Below, one piece after another: positions 1-10,232 of a stretch of DNA of 64,000 nucleotides. Every line of letters begins with the position of its first letter. Positions within the stretch are counted from its first letter, which is position 1. The notes beneath the pieces were generated by a model, which was not told the DNA's origin, made no database searches, and saw only the letters and a program-made list of their open reading frames with translations. The stretch is from Bythopirellula sp. (GTDB lineage: Bacteria > Planctomycetota > Planctomycetia > Pirellulales > Lacipirellulaceae). The stretch is from the NCBI GenBank assembly GCA_965216565.1, contig OZ244170.1, positions 1,856,001 through 1,920,000 on the forward strand, read 5' to 3'. The position numbers and the translations under genes are program-made.

Positions 1-947
1 GCCCCGGCATATGCATTGCCTGACGGGCTGGCATCGATGACTTGCCAACCAGTTGTTGTGCCCGGACTTCCTGCTCGGGGTGTCGCCCGCGCTTCGATCG
101 ACGTGATTCCATTCTCTACCGAACCGGTGATTGGAACATTGGCTTCGTTCTGCGAGTTTCTCTGGAAGATGGCTCGTCCCAGGCTGCTGTCGACAGACAA
201 CCCACCCGGTCGGACCAAGACTTGCAGATTCTTGACTGTATAAGTGTTCGCATTTGCAGCAAAGGTCCAGTCTGGATCTCCTACGGGCCGACTTCCAATT
301 CCTAGATCGCTAACAGAATGGCCTGGCTCCCCGCCCCATTGATTGTAAGCAAAGATCGTTTCCCCAGCCCCATAGTTGTGAACTTGAAACGAGCCGAAGT
401 TACCATTGCCAAACTGACCGTCGCCGAAGTCGAAAGTTCCATTGTTCGCACCTGGCACGCCATTGGAATTGTTGACGTGATAGTTTCTGGGCCAAAACTC
501 AATGTTGCCAGTCGTAATGCCCGTTCCCGTGGTTACGTTTCCTGAATTGGAAAATACGTTGAGGCCGGATACAGTCTGCTGAAAATTTGCACCGGTCGCG
601 TCGATAGGCAGACCGACCTGTGAGATATTCGAAGTGAACGCGTCCATCGAAGCATAGGCATACTCCAGGCCGCTGCCATTGTCTAACTCTAGATAGTAAG
701 CAACGCGATCAAACGGCGCCGTGAAAGACGCGGAGTTATCGACCGAGTAGGGCACCGATCCCGTGATGTTGTAGCTGGCATCATTGGCGATCGCCAACTC
801 GTAGACGAGTTGATAGCCATCAATTGTGGCCTCAGGCACGTTTGTGAATACATCCGCCTGTGTGGTTGAAACACTTGCAACAGCAAGGAGCAGAGCCACT
901 TGCAAACGGATAGTAGGCAACACAGCATTAGAGTGTAAGCGTAGCAT
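1..947 (-). CDS. Secreted protein, 5' part only (runs off window start); probable sialate O-acetylesterase-type multidomain protein
   Basis: Not in the ORF track because there is no stop in the window. Manual translation from ATG 947: MLRLHSNAVLPTIRLQVALLLAVASVSTTQA (signal-like) DVFTNVPEA...FDRVAYYLEL...SMDAFT...GNIEFWPRNY...FDFGD...QVHNY...DLGIG...PDWTF...KNLQVLVR, then GRAIFQRN...VPITG. Both parts resemble segments I recall from SASA-family acetylesterases of PVC bacteria. The catalytic domain is not visible. Confidence 0.6.
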   Translation of the reverse strand, partial: MLRLHSNAVLPTIRLQVALLLAVASVSTTQADVFTNVPEATIDGYQLVYELAIANDASYNITGSVPYSVDNSASFTAPFDRVAYYLELDNGSGLEYAYASMDAFTSNISQVGLPIDATGANFQQTVSGLNVFSNSGNVTTGTGITTGNIEFWPRNYHVNNSNGVPGANNGTFDFGDGQFGNGNFGSFQVHNYGAGETIFAYNQWGGEPGHSVSDLGIGSRPVGDPDWTFAANANTYTVKNLQVLVRPGGLSVDSSLGRAIFQRNSQNEANVPITGSVENGITSIEARATPRAGSPGTTTGWQVIDASPSGNAYAG

Positions 948-994
948 GAGGACTTCCCGCCAAAGAAAAGATCGTCTTGAGGGCTCTAAGGAAA

Positions 995-1039
995 TTCTCT
1001 AACCCCCTTCCCCGTAGACAAGGAAAGGGGGCTAGGGAA
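995..1039 (-). terminator. Intergenic stem-loop (terminator or mRNA stabiliser) after PEP-CTERM gene
   Basis: 18-nt inverted repeat ttctctaacccccttccc / ggaaagggggctagggaa. Two of the three mismatches become G-U pairs on the minus-strand RNA. Confidence 0.55.
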
Positions 1040-1046
1040 ACGAGTT

Positions 1047-1790
1047 CTACATTCTGCGACGGCCGCAGGCCACCAAGCCGATGAGCCCTAGAACCAATGT
1101 TGTCGGTTCTGGAATTGCGGCACCTGAGATGGCGTGAAACACTGCGTGGTCGCCACCAGTTATCGCCAGATCAATCGATGTCACTGTTCTCAGCTGATCA
1201 GCAGGCGAGAGCGTGAAGGTGCGCTCTGCCATAGCTAAGGTTCCGTTGTAGAAGAACTCGCCAGAAGTATTCCACAGGCCATGATCTTGCGAGACGTCCT
1301 GAGGCGAATGAACAACCCATTCGATGCCGCCGCCATTGAGAACGGTGGCTGGACCAGAGGAGAAATTGACCGTGGCATCCCAAGTAATTTCATTGGGAGT
1401 GCCGTTGCCGCCGGTCTTCTGTGTTGTCGTTAGAAAAGCCAATTCTGAGAATTGACCTGGGGAGTTCAGCGTGAACGTTCCCGCATTGTGAATCGCGTTA
1501 TTCCCGGAGTAATCTTCGATGTCGTAGCTTGTACCGGAAGGACCAACGAGTGTGCCGCCAACGCTCAAGCCCTGGATAGAACTGCCCCAGCCACTTTCAT
1601 ACAGCACCCAATCCGCGATATTGGCGTTCGTCGCACCCAAGGCGCCAGCGGGGGTGAAATCTGCGGTATTCTCCACGACTAGGTCTTCATCCCAGCCCGA
1701 TCCCAAGATAGGAGTGCTGGCCGCCTCCACACTTGCCACGGCGGATAGAACTGTGGCAATAGCCACGGATAGAGTAATGCACTTCTTCAT
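1047..1790 (-). CDS. PEP-CTERM surface protein of unknown function
   Basis: Signal peptide MKKCITLSVAIA...VEA; C-terminal IPEPTTLVLGLIGLVACGRRRM. Confidence 0.9.
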   Translation of the reverse strand: MKKCITLSVAIATVLSAVASVEAASTPILGSGWDEDLVVENTADFTPAGALGATNANIADWVLYESGWGSSIQGLSVGGTLVGPSGTSYDIEDYSGNNAIHNAGTFTLNSPGQFSELAFLTTTQKTGGNGTPNEITWDATVNFSSGPATVLNGGGIEWVVHSPQDVSQDHGLWNTSGEFFYNGTLAMAERTFTLSPADQLRTVTSIDLAITGGDHAVFHAISGAAIPEPTTLVLGLIGLVACGRRRM

Positions 1791-1887
1791 TAGACTTCCT
1801 TCGATAAAGACGTTCGCAGCTTCGGGGAAAGGCGAATAGCTACGTTGAAAAGTGAAAATAAGAGTAAATCTTTCCCTAGCTTGCCGT

Positions 1888-1958
1888 ATTGTAACAACTA
1901 ATTTGAGCGCAATAGGTCTAAAGTGATTTAATTAATTACAAAACTTGTTGTAACAACT
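1888..1958. promoter_or_regulatory. Candidate operator sites (TTGTAACAACT twice; GTTGT-A-ACAAC palindrome)
   Basis: TTGTAACAACT at 1889-1899 and 1948-1958; TACAAAACTTGT at 1937-1948; AT-rich region upstream of the 1790 start. Confidence 0.45.
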
Positions 1959-2113
1959 CTGCCGTCGATAATTCCAAGGCACAAAAGCTAGAAAGGCGCA
2001 AGGGCCCTCGATTGGACGCACCTGATTTGAGAACCGTAGACGGGTTAACACCCAATAGTCGTCACTGATTACTTTCGAGAATCAACTAACAGGCGGCGTA
2101 GGAGAAACGAGGC

Positions 2114-2920
2114 CTACGAGCCGAGAGGGTGGGGAGATCGATGGCTGATTCTCAGAAACAAAGAGGAGAAAGTTCCGCAGACCAGCATTAATCCTGCGCC
2201 CGGTTCTGGGACCGGTATTCCATTCAGGGCCAAGTACTCTTCGAGGTAGAGAGATGCATGGTGCAGACGCTCGACAGGACCGGCACCATCGGGGGAAAGT
2301 ATGACGAAGAGAGGATCGCTGGATTCGTACTGTGAGGCTTCCGGGGCGGGTGCTGTTGCCGACAGCCTGAGCTGAAGGACGTGGATCTCGTTGAGCGGCT
2401 GACCAACGGTGCTGTAACTGGGAACGATGTCCCCGGTGCCTCCCGACGGAACTGACGTGCTAAGCTGAATCGTTCCAAGGGAATCCGTAGTGATTGGTGC
2501 CGCTAAGGTTTGTATGGATATCACCTCCCCCGGGTCGAGCGATTCGAGGTTTGGAATTGTTCCCGCAGCGGGCATGATCGAGGGGGCTACCCACTGCCAG
2601 GAATCGATTAATTCCAACTCCAGGGAATAGCCGGCAAGAAACGAAGAAGCAACTTGGGGGGTAACTTCAAATTCTGGAAACGTGGTACTCGATTGATCGA
2701 GCTGAGAAATGTAGTTGCTCCAATGATCGTGGATGCTGTTGACGTACAAGCGAACCGCCGGGGCACCATCGTCCGCTCCGTTATTTACCCCCTGAGCCTG
2801 TAGTTTTCCGGCAACCACTTCAATTTCGAAACCACGACCGTCGTGGGCGTGGGCAGAAATTGTTCCCTGCACCATAGCAATCAGAAACAGGCCAAGTTGC
2901 AGTATTCTCGGTTTCATCAT
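2114..2920 (-). CDS. PEP-CTERM protein with His-containing motifs, unknown function
   Basis: Signal peptide ending AHA-HDGR; IHDHW and LHHASL motifs; VPEPGAG plus hydrophobic tail. Confidence 0.85.
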   Translation of the reverse strand: MMKPRILQLGLFLIAMVQGTISAHAHDGRGFEIEVVAGKLQAQGVNNGADDGAPAVRLYVNSIHDHWSNYISQLDQSSTTFPEFEVTPQVASSFLAGYSLELELIDSWQWVAPSIMPAAGTIPNLESLDPGEVISIQTLAAPITTDSLGTIQLSTSVPSGGTGDIVPSYSTVGQPLNEIHVLQLRLSATAPAPEASQYESSDPLFVILSPDGAGPVERLHHASLYLEEYLALNGIPVPEPGAGLMLVCGTFSSLFLRISHRSPHPLGS

Positions 2921-2963
2921 CTATATATTCTAATTGCAGATGCGTATTGCACAGCAAATGCGC

Positions 2964-5900
2964 CTATCGTCTCCAGGACAGGCGCATGACGCCCAACAAG
3001 AGAGCTAGGATTAAGCAATTGGGCTCAGGAACCGTCGTTGCAGCAGGTAGAGAAGCACTCTGGCTGCCGTAGTTGGCTTGCCATAGTTGCAAATCCGCAC
3101 CATTAACCTGGCCGTCGTTGTTGGCATCACCATCGGAGATCGTCGCTCCGGACAAGATGCCGTTGCCCTGCTGCCAAATAAGAAAGTCGAGGCCGTCGAC
3201 GTCGCCGTCTAAATCGAAGTCTCCTTGGATACCAGAAAGTACCCCATAAAACTGAATCTCCGCAATCTGCATCGAGTTAGCACTTCCAGCGTCATGGAGA
3301 TCCGTAAAAATAATCCTGTAGGATGAGTAAGGAATCGTAGAGCCATCAATGGATTGCAGCGGGGCATATGTATTACGAGCAGAAGGTAAGGCAAGTGTTC
3401 CCGTGTCAATCAACGTCCAAGTTTCGGAGGTTCCTGTGCTATTGTCGGCGCTTGCGATCAAATCGTTCGTCCCGAACAGTTCCCAGGTAGATGGATCTCG
3501 CTCTTGAAAATCGTCCGCCGTGATGATCTGAAAGCTCTCTACAAATGAAGGCCCTAGAGCGGGAGTTACGATAAATCCAGAGTTGATCTCGCCAAAGTTC
3601 AAGTACTTATCTAGAGTGCCGTCTATGGCGTTGGCTGGGGACTCCTCTGCGGGATAAGAACTATTACCCCCCGCATCAATGGCAATGATCGCATCGCCGG
3701 GAGTCAATATAGCTTCGCCATCCTGCACTACGGTGCCAAAGAATTTGAGCTCGCCTATTTGCATCTCACCCGCCTCTAGCCCTCCCTTAAGATCAGTGAA
3801 AATCAATCTATAGGAAGAATAGGTGGTGGTATTCGCTACCGTCACTAATGGTCCGAGAGTGTTGCGAGCAGTGGGCAAGGCTATTGCTCCAGAATCCATC
3901 AACGACCAATTCTCAGCCAACCCAGTGCTGTTGTCGGCGCTTGTTACCGGATCGGTCGTCCCAAATAGCTGCCAGCCTGATGGATCTCGATTCTCGAAAT
4001 CGTTGGGCGTCGAGAGCTGGAAACTCTCGATAACCGAAGCACCGCTGACTGGAGTGATGATCAATCCTGAGTTTAGATCGCCAAAATTTAGATACTTCTG
4101 GTTTGTGCCATCGACAGCCTTTGCAGGCGATTCTTCTGCTGGGTAAGAACTGTTGCCGTCCGTATCAACCGCAAGCACTACATCCGCAGCAGACAGTAGT
4201 CCGGGAGTCTCGTGAATGCCAACATTGCCAAAGAATTCAATCTCAGCGATTTGCATCGAATCGGCTACGGCTGCGTTCTTAATTCCAGTAAACAGCATGC
4301 GATACGATGTGTAGCTGTCGTTGTTTGCAACTGTAACTAGTGGTCCCAAGGTGTCTCGAGCATCGGGCAACGCTACCGAACCAGTGTCGATTAGAACCCA
4401 ATTTTCGTTGGTACCAGCGCTGTTATCGCTACTGGTCACGGAATCCTTCGTACCATAGAGTTCCCAAGTCGTAGGATCGCGCTCACTAGCGTCATTGGCC
4501 GTGGTGATCCGAAACTCTTTCACCACGGAACCACCGGTCGAAGGTGTGGCAATGAACCCAGAGTTCTCTTCACCAAAGTTAAGATACTTGGCCAACGTTC
4601 CATCAACGGCGTGTCCCGGCGGTTCCGGACCGTTGGGTGCTCCAGCGATGGGATAGGAGCTATTTCCATCGGTATCAATCGCAATGATTGGATCTCCCGG
4701 CAGAAAGATGGAGGGTAGGGTGGTAATTCCTCCATCTCCGAAAAACTGGACCTCACCAATCTGCATTGCATCGGTGGCCCCAGCGTTCTTCAAATCGTTA
4801 AAGACCATGTAGTAAGAAGAATAGACGTCGGAATTGTCAACGGCCATCAAGGGACCAACCGTATTGCGAGACTGTGGCAAAGATACGGGTCCCGAATCGA
4901 GCAAAGTCCAACTTTCGTTGGTACCCGTACTGTTGTCACTGCTAGTGACTGGATCGTTGGTTCCGTAGAGTTGCCAAGACGAAGGATCGCGCTCAGGCAC
5001 GTCGTCGGCCGTAGTGATTTGAAAGCTTCTCACAACCGAAGACCCCGCCGACGGGGAGACGATGAAACCTGAGTTGGACTTGCCAAAGTTGAGGTATTTC
5101 GCTCCAGAACGATCAATTGCATTTTGAGGTGCTTCGCCACTTGGATAGGAACTGTCTCCATCGAGATCGACCGCGAGAATCGGGTCGATTGGTTGTAGTA
5201 AAGGGTTACCGCCTGCTGATTCGGCCAGGCCGATATCAACTGCAAACGAAGCATTGGCAATCAACTGCCCTGACGCTTGGATATTGGTATCGACGAAACC
5301 TAAAGGCGCGCCCGCATCCACCGATATGACGCTGGTAAACTGCACAGGAAAATTCATTTGTGCATGGAAGGTTGTCAGATTACCAATCGTAGAGCCTTGA
5401 GTCAGATTGATTGTTCCATTGGTGCCACCCGGGGCGAAGCCACCGATGTTGTTCGAAGCGAGATCAATTGTCGTGGTGGCCGATCCGCTGACGTTGAGAG
5501 AGCCTTCATTGAAGGTAGTTAGGTGCTGAGATGCATCGAAGCTATGATTCAAGTCTCCGAAACCCAATGAATTAATAGATGCAGGCGGAGACGGAGTATT
5601 TACGGTACCCACAATGCCAACGGCATCGACGTGAATATTGATGCCGAATCCGGGGTTAATATCGAAGCTCATCTGGTTGTTGGCAGCAACTCGCCCACCA
5701 GTGAGGTTCAGTCCTGAGATCCTGGGTGTGGCTGCCGATGGATCAATTGTCAGAATCGATCCCAGCGTTCCGCTAAAGGAAGCAGAGTCGAAATCAGATT
5801 GCCCCAAGGCTTCAACGGTAAAAGCAACGTTCGAAAGATTACTGTCCAGCGTAAAGATGGGATTAACGTCAATTGCCAGCGCCAGCCCCCCTCTCAAGCA

Positions 5901-5990
5901 GAGGAGGAAGACCGCAACTCTTAAAATGTAGGGATCTCGAGGCCTTGCCCTAAAATGTACTGTTGCGATTTTCGAGACCGTTGTATTCAT
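2964..5990 (-). CDS. Large PEP-CTERM surface protein: N-terminal beta-rich domain, 4 discoidin/CBM32-like repeats, dockerin-like domain
   Basis: Four KYLNFG..NSG.I.(T/S)P repeats; [43 protein letters not shown] at 5990 gives an ATGA overlap with the upstream stop (ORF track start 6002). Confidence 0.9.
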   Translation of the reverse strand: MNTTVSKIATVHFRARPRDPYILRVAVFLLCLRGGLALAIDVNPIFTLDSNLSNVAFTVEALGQSDFDSASFSGTLGSILTIDPSAATPRISGLNLTGGRVAANNQMSFDINPGFGINIHVDAVGIVGTVNTPSPPASINSLGFGDLNHSFDASQHLTTFNEGSLNVSGSATTTIDLASNNIGGFAPGGTNGTINLTQGSTIGNLTTFHAQMNFPVQFTSVISVDAGAPLGFVDTNIQASGQLIANASFAVDIGLAESAGGNPLLQPIDPILAVDLDGDSSYPSGEAPQNAIDRSGAKYLNFGKSNSGFIVSPSAGSSVVRSFQITTADDVPERDPSSWQLYGTNDPVTSSDNSTGTNESWTLLDSGPVSLPQSRNTVGPLMAVDNSDVYSSYYMVFNDLKNAGATDAMQIGEVQFFGDGGITTLPSIFLPGDPIIAIDTDGNSSYPIAGAPNGPEPPGHAVDGTLAKYLNFGEENSGFIATPSTGGSVVKEFRITTANDASERDPTTWELYGTKDSVTSSDNSAGTNENWVLIDTGSVALPDARDTLGPLVTVANNDSYTSYRMLFTGIKNAAVADSMQIAEIEFFGNVGIHETPGLLSAADVVLAVDTDGNSSYPAEESPAKAVDGTNQKYLNFGDLNSGLIITPVSGASVIESFQLSTPNDFENRDPSGWQLFGTTDPVTSADNSTGLAENWSLMDSGAIALPTARNTLGPLVTVANTTTYSSYRLIFTDLKGGLEAGEMQIGELKFFGTVVQDGEAILTPGDAIIAIDAGGNSSYPAEESPANAIDGTLDKYLNFGEINSGFIVTPALGPSFVESFQIITADDFQERDPSTWELFGTNDLIASADNSTGTSETWTLIDTGTLALPSARNTYAPLQSIDGSTIPYSSYRIIFTDLHDAGSANSMQIAEIQFYGVLSGIQGDFDLDGDVDGLDFLIWQQGNGILSGATISDGDANNDGQVNGADLQLWQANYGSQSASLPAATTVPEPNCLILALLLGVMRLSWRR

Positions 5991-7879
5991 CGTCTGTAGC
6001 AAAAACAGATGAGACCGAGCATAGAAGCCAATACCATGCAGCTGGGCTCGGGGACAGTCGTGGTGCTTGGCGAACCCGAACTTGAATTGCCATAATTGGC
6101 TTGCCAGATTTGCAAATCCAGATTGTCAACTTTCCCATCGTCGTTCGCATCTCCATCTGAGATTTCCGCCCCCGACATTATCCCAAAACCACTTTGCCAG
6201 CTAAGAAAGTCCATGCCGTCGACATCACCATCTTCGTCAAAGTCACCTGGCTCAAAGCTAGGCGCGACGGGTGTTCCGAAGTTGTTACGCAGGTGAATGA
6301 TCAACTCCTCGAGAGTGACCAATTCAACATCACTGTCGAGATGCTGCAACATGTAATTAACGTTGCTCATCGGATCGCCCTGTCCGCCCCCTGCAGGATC
6401 AGTTGCCCAAGGATTCAGGTTGACGATCGTATAGGACCCTTGATCGTTGAGAGGGTCGGTAGGTGCTGCGTTGAGCCCGCTGACAATGTCATCGGGAGTA
6501 TCGAAGCCATCCCAGAGCGTGTATTTCGTCGACACAATTGGCTTGCCGTTGTGCCAGAAGATTTCGCCGTCCAGCCCCGTGTAGGCGGGCCCGGTCTTCA
6601 GCATCATGCCCATAACATCTTCGTGGGCAACCATCTCGTTGTAGACCGTAAAGTCGGGAGCCCCGGGCCCGTCGTCTAGCACTGAAATTATGTTTTGATC
6701 GACGGCGTTCATAGCAGACACAGTTGCATCCATGAACCCAGAGACGTCAGTCGTGAGGCTCGGATAGGTTAGGCCGTGCCCACCAGGAGTAACAAAAAAC
6801 GTTTTGTTTTCATCGGCGGCCACTTCCTCGTAGAAGTATTTCAAAGCGACCGGATTTGCATCCTTCAGTGACGGGCTGATATCAAAGGTCATATCAAAGT
6901 CCCCGCGATACGGTGAGCCAAACCAACGTTCATCCCGAAAGATGTTTGTGAGCCATTGAATGTTGTCACCATCACTCATCACAAACGCAACGTAGTGCTT
7001 GCCAGGATCGGTAGGTATATCGGTTGGTGTATGTGCAACTTGCTGAGGTATTTCCGTATCCCAAGCAGAAAAAGGTCCCGCGGACTGCAAATGATCCGCT
7101 GGGACAGCCATTAGGTTGTTTTTTGTAGCGGAACTGAAGAATTCGTTTTCGCTATTGTTGTAGCCCCACCCGTAGACGAGTGAGTGGTCATTCTGGCCCG
7201 CAAGATAGATGTCTCGAAAGAATCCCGTTTCGTCAAAGACAAAACCGCCTTCTTTCACTGCGAAACTACGGAGCTGATGGGACAAGGTTGGCTGCTGACG
7301 AAAGATGACGTCTTTGTTGAATTGGGAGCTGTAATTGAGATACACCCAGCCATTGCTCCTCCCTCGAACATCTTCAACTTGATTCAACCCGGCATTAGTA
7401 AGTGCTGTGCCAATTGGCCCTGCGAGTAGCGATTCATCAACCATGAGTGCCCCCAACGCTCCGGCAACACTAGTGGCTTGATTGATGGAGTCGGGGTCGT
7501 AGACCACATAGCCGGCCAAATCGTTCTTGTATCGATCGATAAACCATTCCTCCCAACCCCGCCAAATCTTTTGAGTGCCTGGATTTTGAGCGACATATTG
7601 GTCTACCCAGAATTCGGGATCGGCGTCGAACTCCGACAACTTGAATCCCATGGCGACCTCGGCGCTAGTTCGCGCAACCACGCCGGCCAAGCTCGCCATC
7701 ATTTCCCGCTCCGGGTCTCCACCTTGATCCATATCGTAGACGTAGACTGTGGAAGGACTTGCTGCCTTAAGTACGTCCACGCAGAATGTGTGCCCAGACA
7801 GACAGGCTAATAGTATCCAAAGTCGCAATGAGATTTTCGGACTCGCCATCATAACTCTTCTCTCAAATTCAATAGCCAT
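5987..7879 (-). CDS. GxGYxYP-family putative glycoside hydrolase with dockerin-like domain and PEP-CTERM
   Basis: YVAFVMSDGDNIQW, variant signature GHGLTYP, GKPIVS..Y.LW; dockerin-like GDFDEDGDVDGMDFLSWQ; VPEPSC tail. Confidence 0.85.
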   Translation of the reverse strand: MAIEFERRVMMASPKISLRLWILLACLSGHTFCVDVLKAASPSTVYVYDMDQGGDPEREMMASLAGVVARTSAEVAMGFKLSEFDADPEFWVDQYVAQNPGTQKIWRGWEEWFIDRYKNDLAGYVVYDPDSINQATSVAGALGALMVDESLLAGPIGTALTNAGLNQVEDVRGRSNGWVYLNYSSQFNKDVIFRQQPTLSHQLRSFAVKEGGFVFDETGFFRDIYLAGQNDHSLVYGWGYNNSENEFFSSATKNNLMAVPADHLQSAGPFSAWDTEIPQQVAHTPTDIPTDPGKHYVAFVMSDGDNIQWLTNIFRDERWFGSPYRGDFDMTFDISPSLKDANPVALKYFYEEVAADENKTFFVTPGGHGLTYPSLTTDVSGFMDATVSAMNAVDQNIISVLDDGPGAPDFTVYNEMVAHEDVMGMMLKTGPAYTGLDGEIFWHNGKPIVSTKYTLWDGFDTPDDIVSGLNAAPTDPLNDQGSYTIVNLNPWATDPAGGGQGDPMSNVNYMLQHLDSDVELVTLEELIIHLRNNFGTPVAPSFEPGDFDEDGDVDGMDFLSWQSGFGIMSGAEISDGDANDDGKVDNLDLQIWQANYGNSSSGSPSTTTVPEPSCMVLASMLGLICFCYRR

Positions 7880-8044
7880 TGGTATTTTTGGTCCAGAAGT
7901 CCCCTAAGGTCTGCCACAGTTAAGTAGGCTTAGGATGATGGACTCATATTTAGCTGTTTAGGTAGTGAATAATAATCGCGAGAACGCTAGCCGAGGCAAT
8001 TCCACAGTTCGCATGAAGTAACTCGCTTCAAATACAAATTGATC

Positions 8045-8569
8045 TTAACTGTCTGAAGTCGTTGTACAGGAGTGCCAGTGTCGAATCAGGACAACAATCA
8101 CGCAAACTGCAGCCAGCGCATAAGCAGCAGCAGCACTTTTTACAAAGATCTCAGATTTCAGTTGATCGAGCTGAACAAGCGAGAGCGAACATGAAATCGC
8201 GAAAAATGCCATCAGACTTGCGATAAATCCAGCAAAGAAGAACCGGTCCACCTCGCGATATCGGCGGTTGCTTTCCAACCAGTGTTCCCAGCCTGACGTT
8301 TCTTGCATCTTCGCCTCGATTTCTTCACGCAAAAATCTTCCTGCGCGAATGATGCTGTTCTGTTCGACGGCATAGGCTAACACCATAACAAGCAAAACAA
8401 TTGGAATCGCAGCACTTGCGAATGCCGTGGGTAGCACCGCACCCAGGTAGCCGGCGGACACAATAATCAAAGTTCCTAGTACTAGAATCCAAAAGGAACG
8501 TGTCTTTGATTCGCGGATTTCCTCTCTCAAGGAGAGGTACATCTGTTTTTGAAATTCATCGGTATTCAT
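8045..8569 (-). CDS. Hypothetical 4-TM membrane protein
   Basis: 174-aa ORF with four hydrophobic segments; AAGGA upstream. Confidence 0.75.
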   Translation of the reverse strand: MNTDEFQKQMYLSLREEIRESKTRSFWILVLGTLIIVSAGYLGAVLPTAFASAAIPIVLLVMVLAYAVEQNSIIRAGRFLREEIEAKMQETSGWEHWLESNRRYREVDRFFFAGFIASLMAFFAISCSLSLVQLDQLKSEIFVKSAAAAYALAAVCVIVVLIRHWHSCTTTSDS

Positions 8570-8728
8570 GAGTTACAAGTTCCTTCGTCCCAAGACAAAG
8601 CTTGGGTGAAACATAGGGTTATTTCTCTTTAGTTCTCATGGTCTCCCTCACTCGGCAAACCGAAGTTCTAGCAGCTTGCGGTGAGTTTCGAATTGAGTTG
8701 CGTCTAAAACACCCTCGAGCGTGTTGGT

Positions 8729-10207
8729 TTAAGATTTCTTGGCCGGGTCGGTGCCATTTATCCAAGGCCCCTCCAGCGACTGGTAAGGTTTCGGATATAG
8801 GACGCTTCCCTTGTCGCCAGCGTCCCATCCGGCAACATGACTCGGTTCGGCTCCCGTGGCAGAATCGTGCTCCCACTTCTTGGCCCAAGAATTGTTGCCG
8901 TCTGAGATTGTCATCGTCTCTTTGTCGAAATGGAAAACCTTACCTTCCCGGTAGCTGCGAGCACCCAACTTCACGAGCACCATAGCGGCAGCACCAAGCT
9001 CCGGAGAGCAGTTCACCGCGTCAGGGTCGTCGGCTCGAACAGCATCGACAAAGTTTTTGAAATGCGACAGGGAAGTGTTCTCGACCTTGCCAACCTCGAC
9101 ACGCTCATTCTTTATCGAACTATCGTGTGTCACTTGAGGACGTTCAGCGACGAAGTCGTAACCCGCAAACTCTTCTCCGGTACCAAAGACTACCGATCCA
9201 TGGTGTCCGCGGATGAGTTGGCGAATCGGCGTATTGCCGCAACACATCGTCGCGGTGACCAATCCCTGTACTCCTTCGTCGAAGTCTGCAACAACCGTTG
9301 CCACATCCGGAACCTGACGGCCATCTAATTCCAGGAAGATTCCCCCGGCTCCCACCACTCGGCCTGGGAATCGCAACCCAGTTGCCTTGAGCATAGAAGT
9401 GCTACGATGAACGAAAAGATCAGTGAACATGCCTGATCCGAAGGGCCAATAGCAGCGCCACTGGGCATACTTCGCTCGATCGAATGGCATGGAAGGGGCC
9501 AAGTCGAATTCCGTGCCTAAGAACATATCCCAATCAATATTCTTGGGCGTCATGTCTTCGCCCAAGCCGTAGTAACGCCACTGTCCCATATCGGAATTGC
9601 GGAAGAATTCGGTTTGATACTGCAAGACTTTGCCGAGTTTGCCATCACGGATGGACTGATTCACGTGCTGCCAAACAGGCAATGCTGTTGATTGCACACC
9701 AACTTGCATGACCTTGCCCGACTCTTTCCACGCTTTGTGGACTGCCAGTGCCTCTTCCACAGTATGCGTCATCGGCTTTTCGCAGTAGACATGCTTGCCG
9801 GCTTTCAACGCATCGATAGTTTGACGAGCATGCCAATGATCAGGAGTCGAGATACAGACCGCGTCGATCGAATCGTCAGCAAGTATCTCTCGGTAGTCAC
9901 CAGTTACCAAAGGCTCGTTGCCCATGGCCTCCTTCACTCGATTGGCAGCTTGGTCCCGATGTCGATTAAACACATCACAGACGGCTGCAATTTCTAGCGA
10001 GGCGTCCTCTTCATGAATCTTGAAGGAACTATCCAAGTGGGCCCCACAACGTCCACCCATGCCGATAAAGCCAATTCGCAACCTTTCGTTCGGACCCGTT
10101 GCGTTTCCTTTTGTAGCGGCCAATAACGATGGCACGGCAGCAAGCGAACTGACTCCGGCTACGGATGCACCGATAAAATTGCGTCGAGAATAAGAATCTT
10201 CTGCCAC
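8729..10207 (-). CDS. Tat-exported Gfo/Idh/MocA family NAD(P)-dependent oxidoreductase
   Basis: SRRNF twin-arginine signal; IGFIGMGGR, TPDHWH, GKHVYCEKP; AAAGGAG RBS before GTG. Confidence 0.92.
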   Translation of the reverse strand: MAEDSYSRRNFIGASVAGVSSLAAVPSLLAATKGNATGPNERLRIGFIGMGGRCGAHLDSSFKIHEEDASLEIAAVCDVFNRHRDQAANRVKEAMGNEPLVTGDYREILADDSIDAVCISTPDHWHARQTIDALKAGKHVYCEKPMTHTVEEALAVHKAWKESGKVMQVGVQSTALPVWQHVNQSIRDGKLGKVLQYQTEFFRNSDMGQWRYYGLGEDMTPKNIDWDMFLGTEFDLAPSMPFDRAKYAQWRCYWPFGSGMFTDLFVHRSTSMLKATGLRFPGRVVGAGGIFLELDGRQVPDVATVVADFDEGVQGLVTATMCCGNTPIRQLIRGHHGSVVFGTGEEFAGYDFVAERPQVTHDSSIKNERVEVGKVENTSLSHFKNFVDAVRADDPDAVNCSPELGAAAMVLVKLGARSYREGKVFHFDKETMTISDGNNSWAKKWEHDSATGAEPSHVAGWDAGDKGSVLYPKPYQSLEGPWINGTDPAKKS

Positions 10208-10232
10208 AACGTCTCCTTTGAAATTCTATTTA

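Noticed and set aside
8045..8569. Anti-phage membrane effector
   Set aside because: No adjacent cyclase or defence genes; evidence is limited to hydrophobicity.
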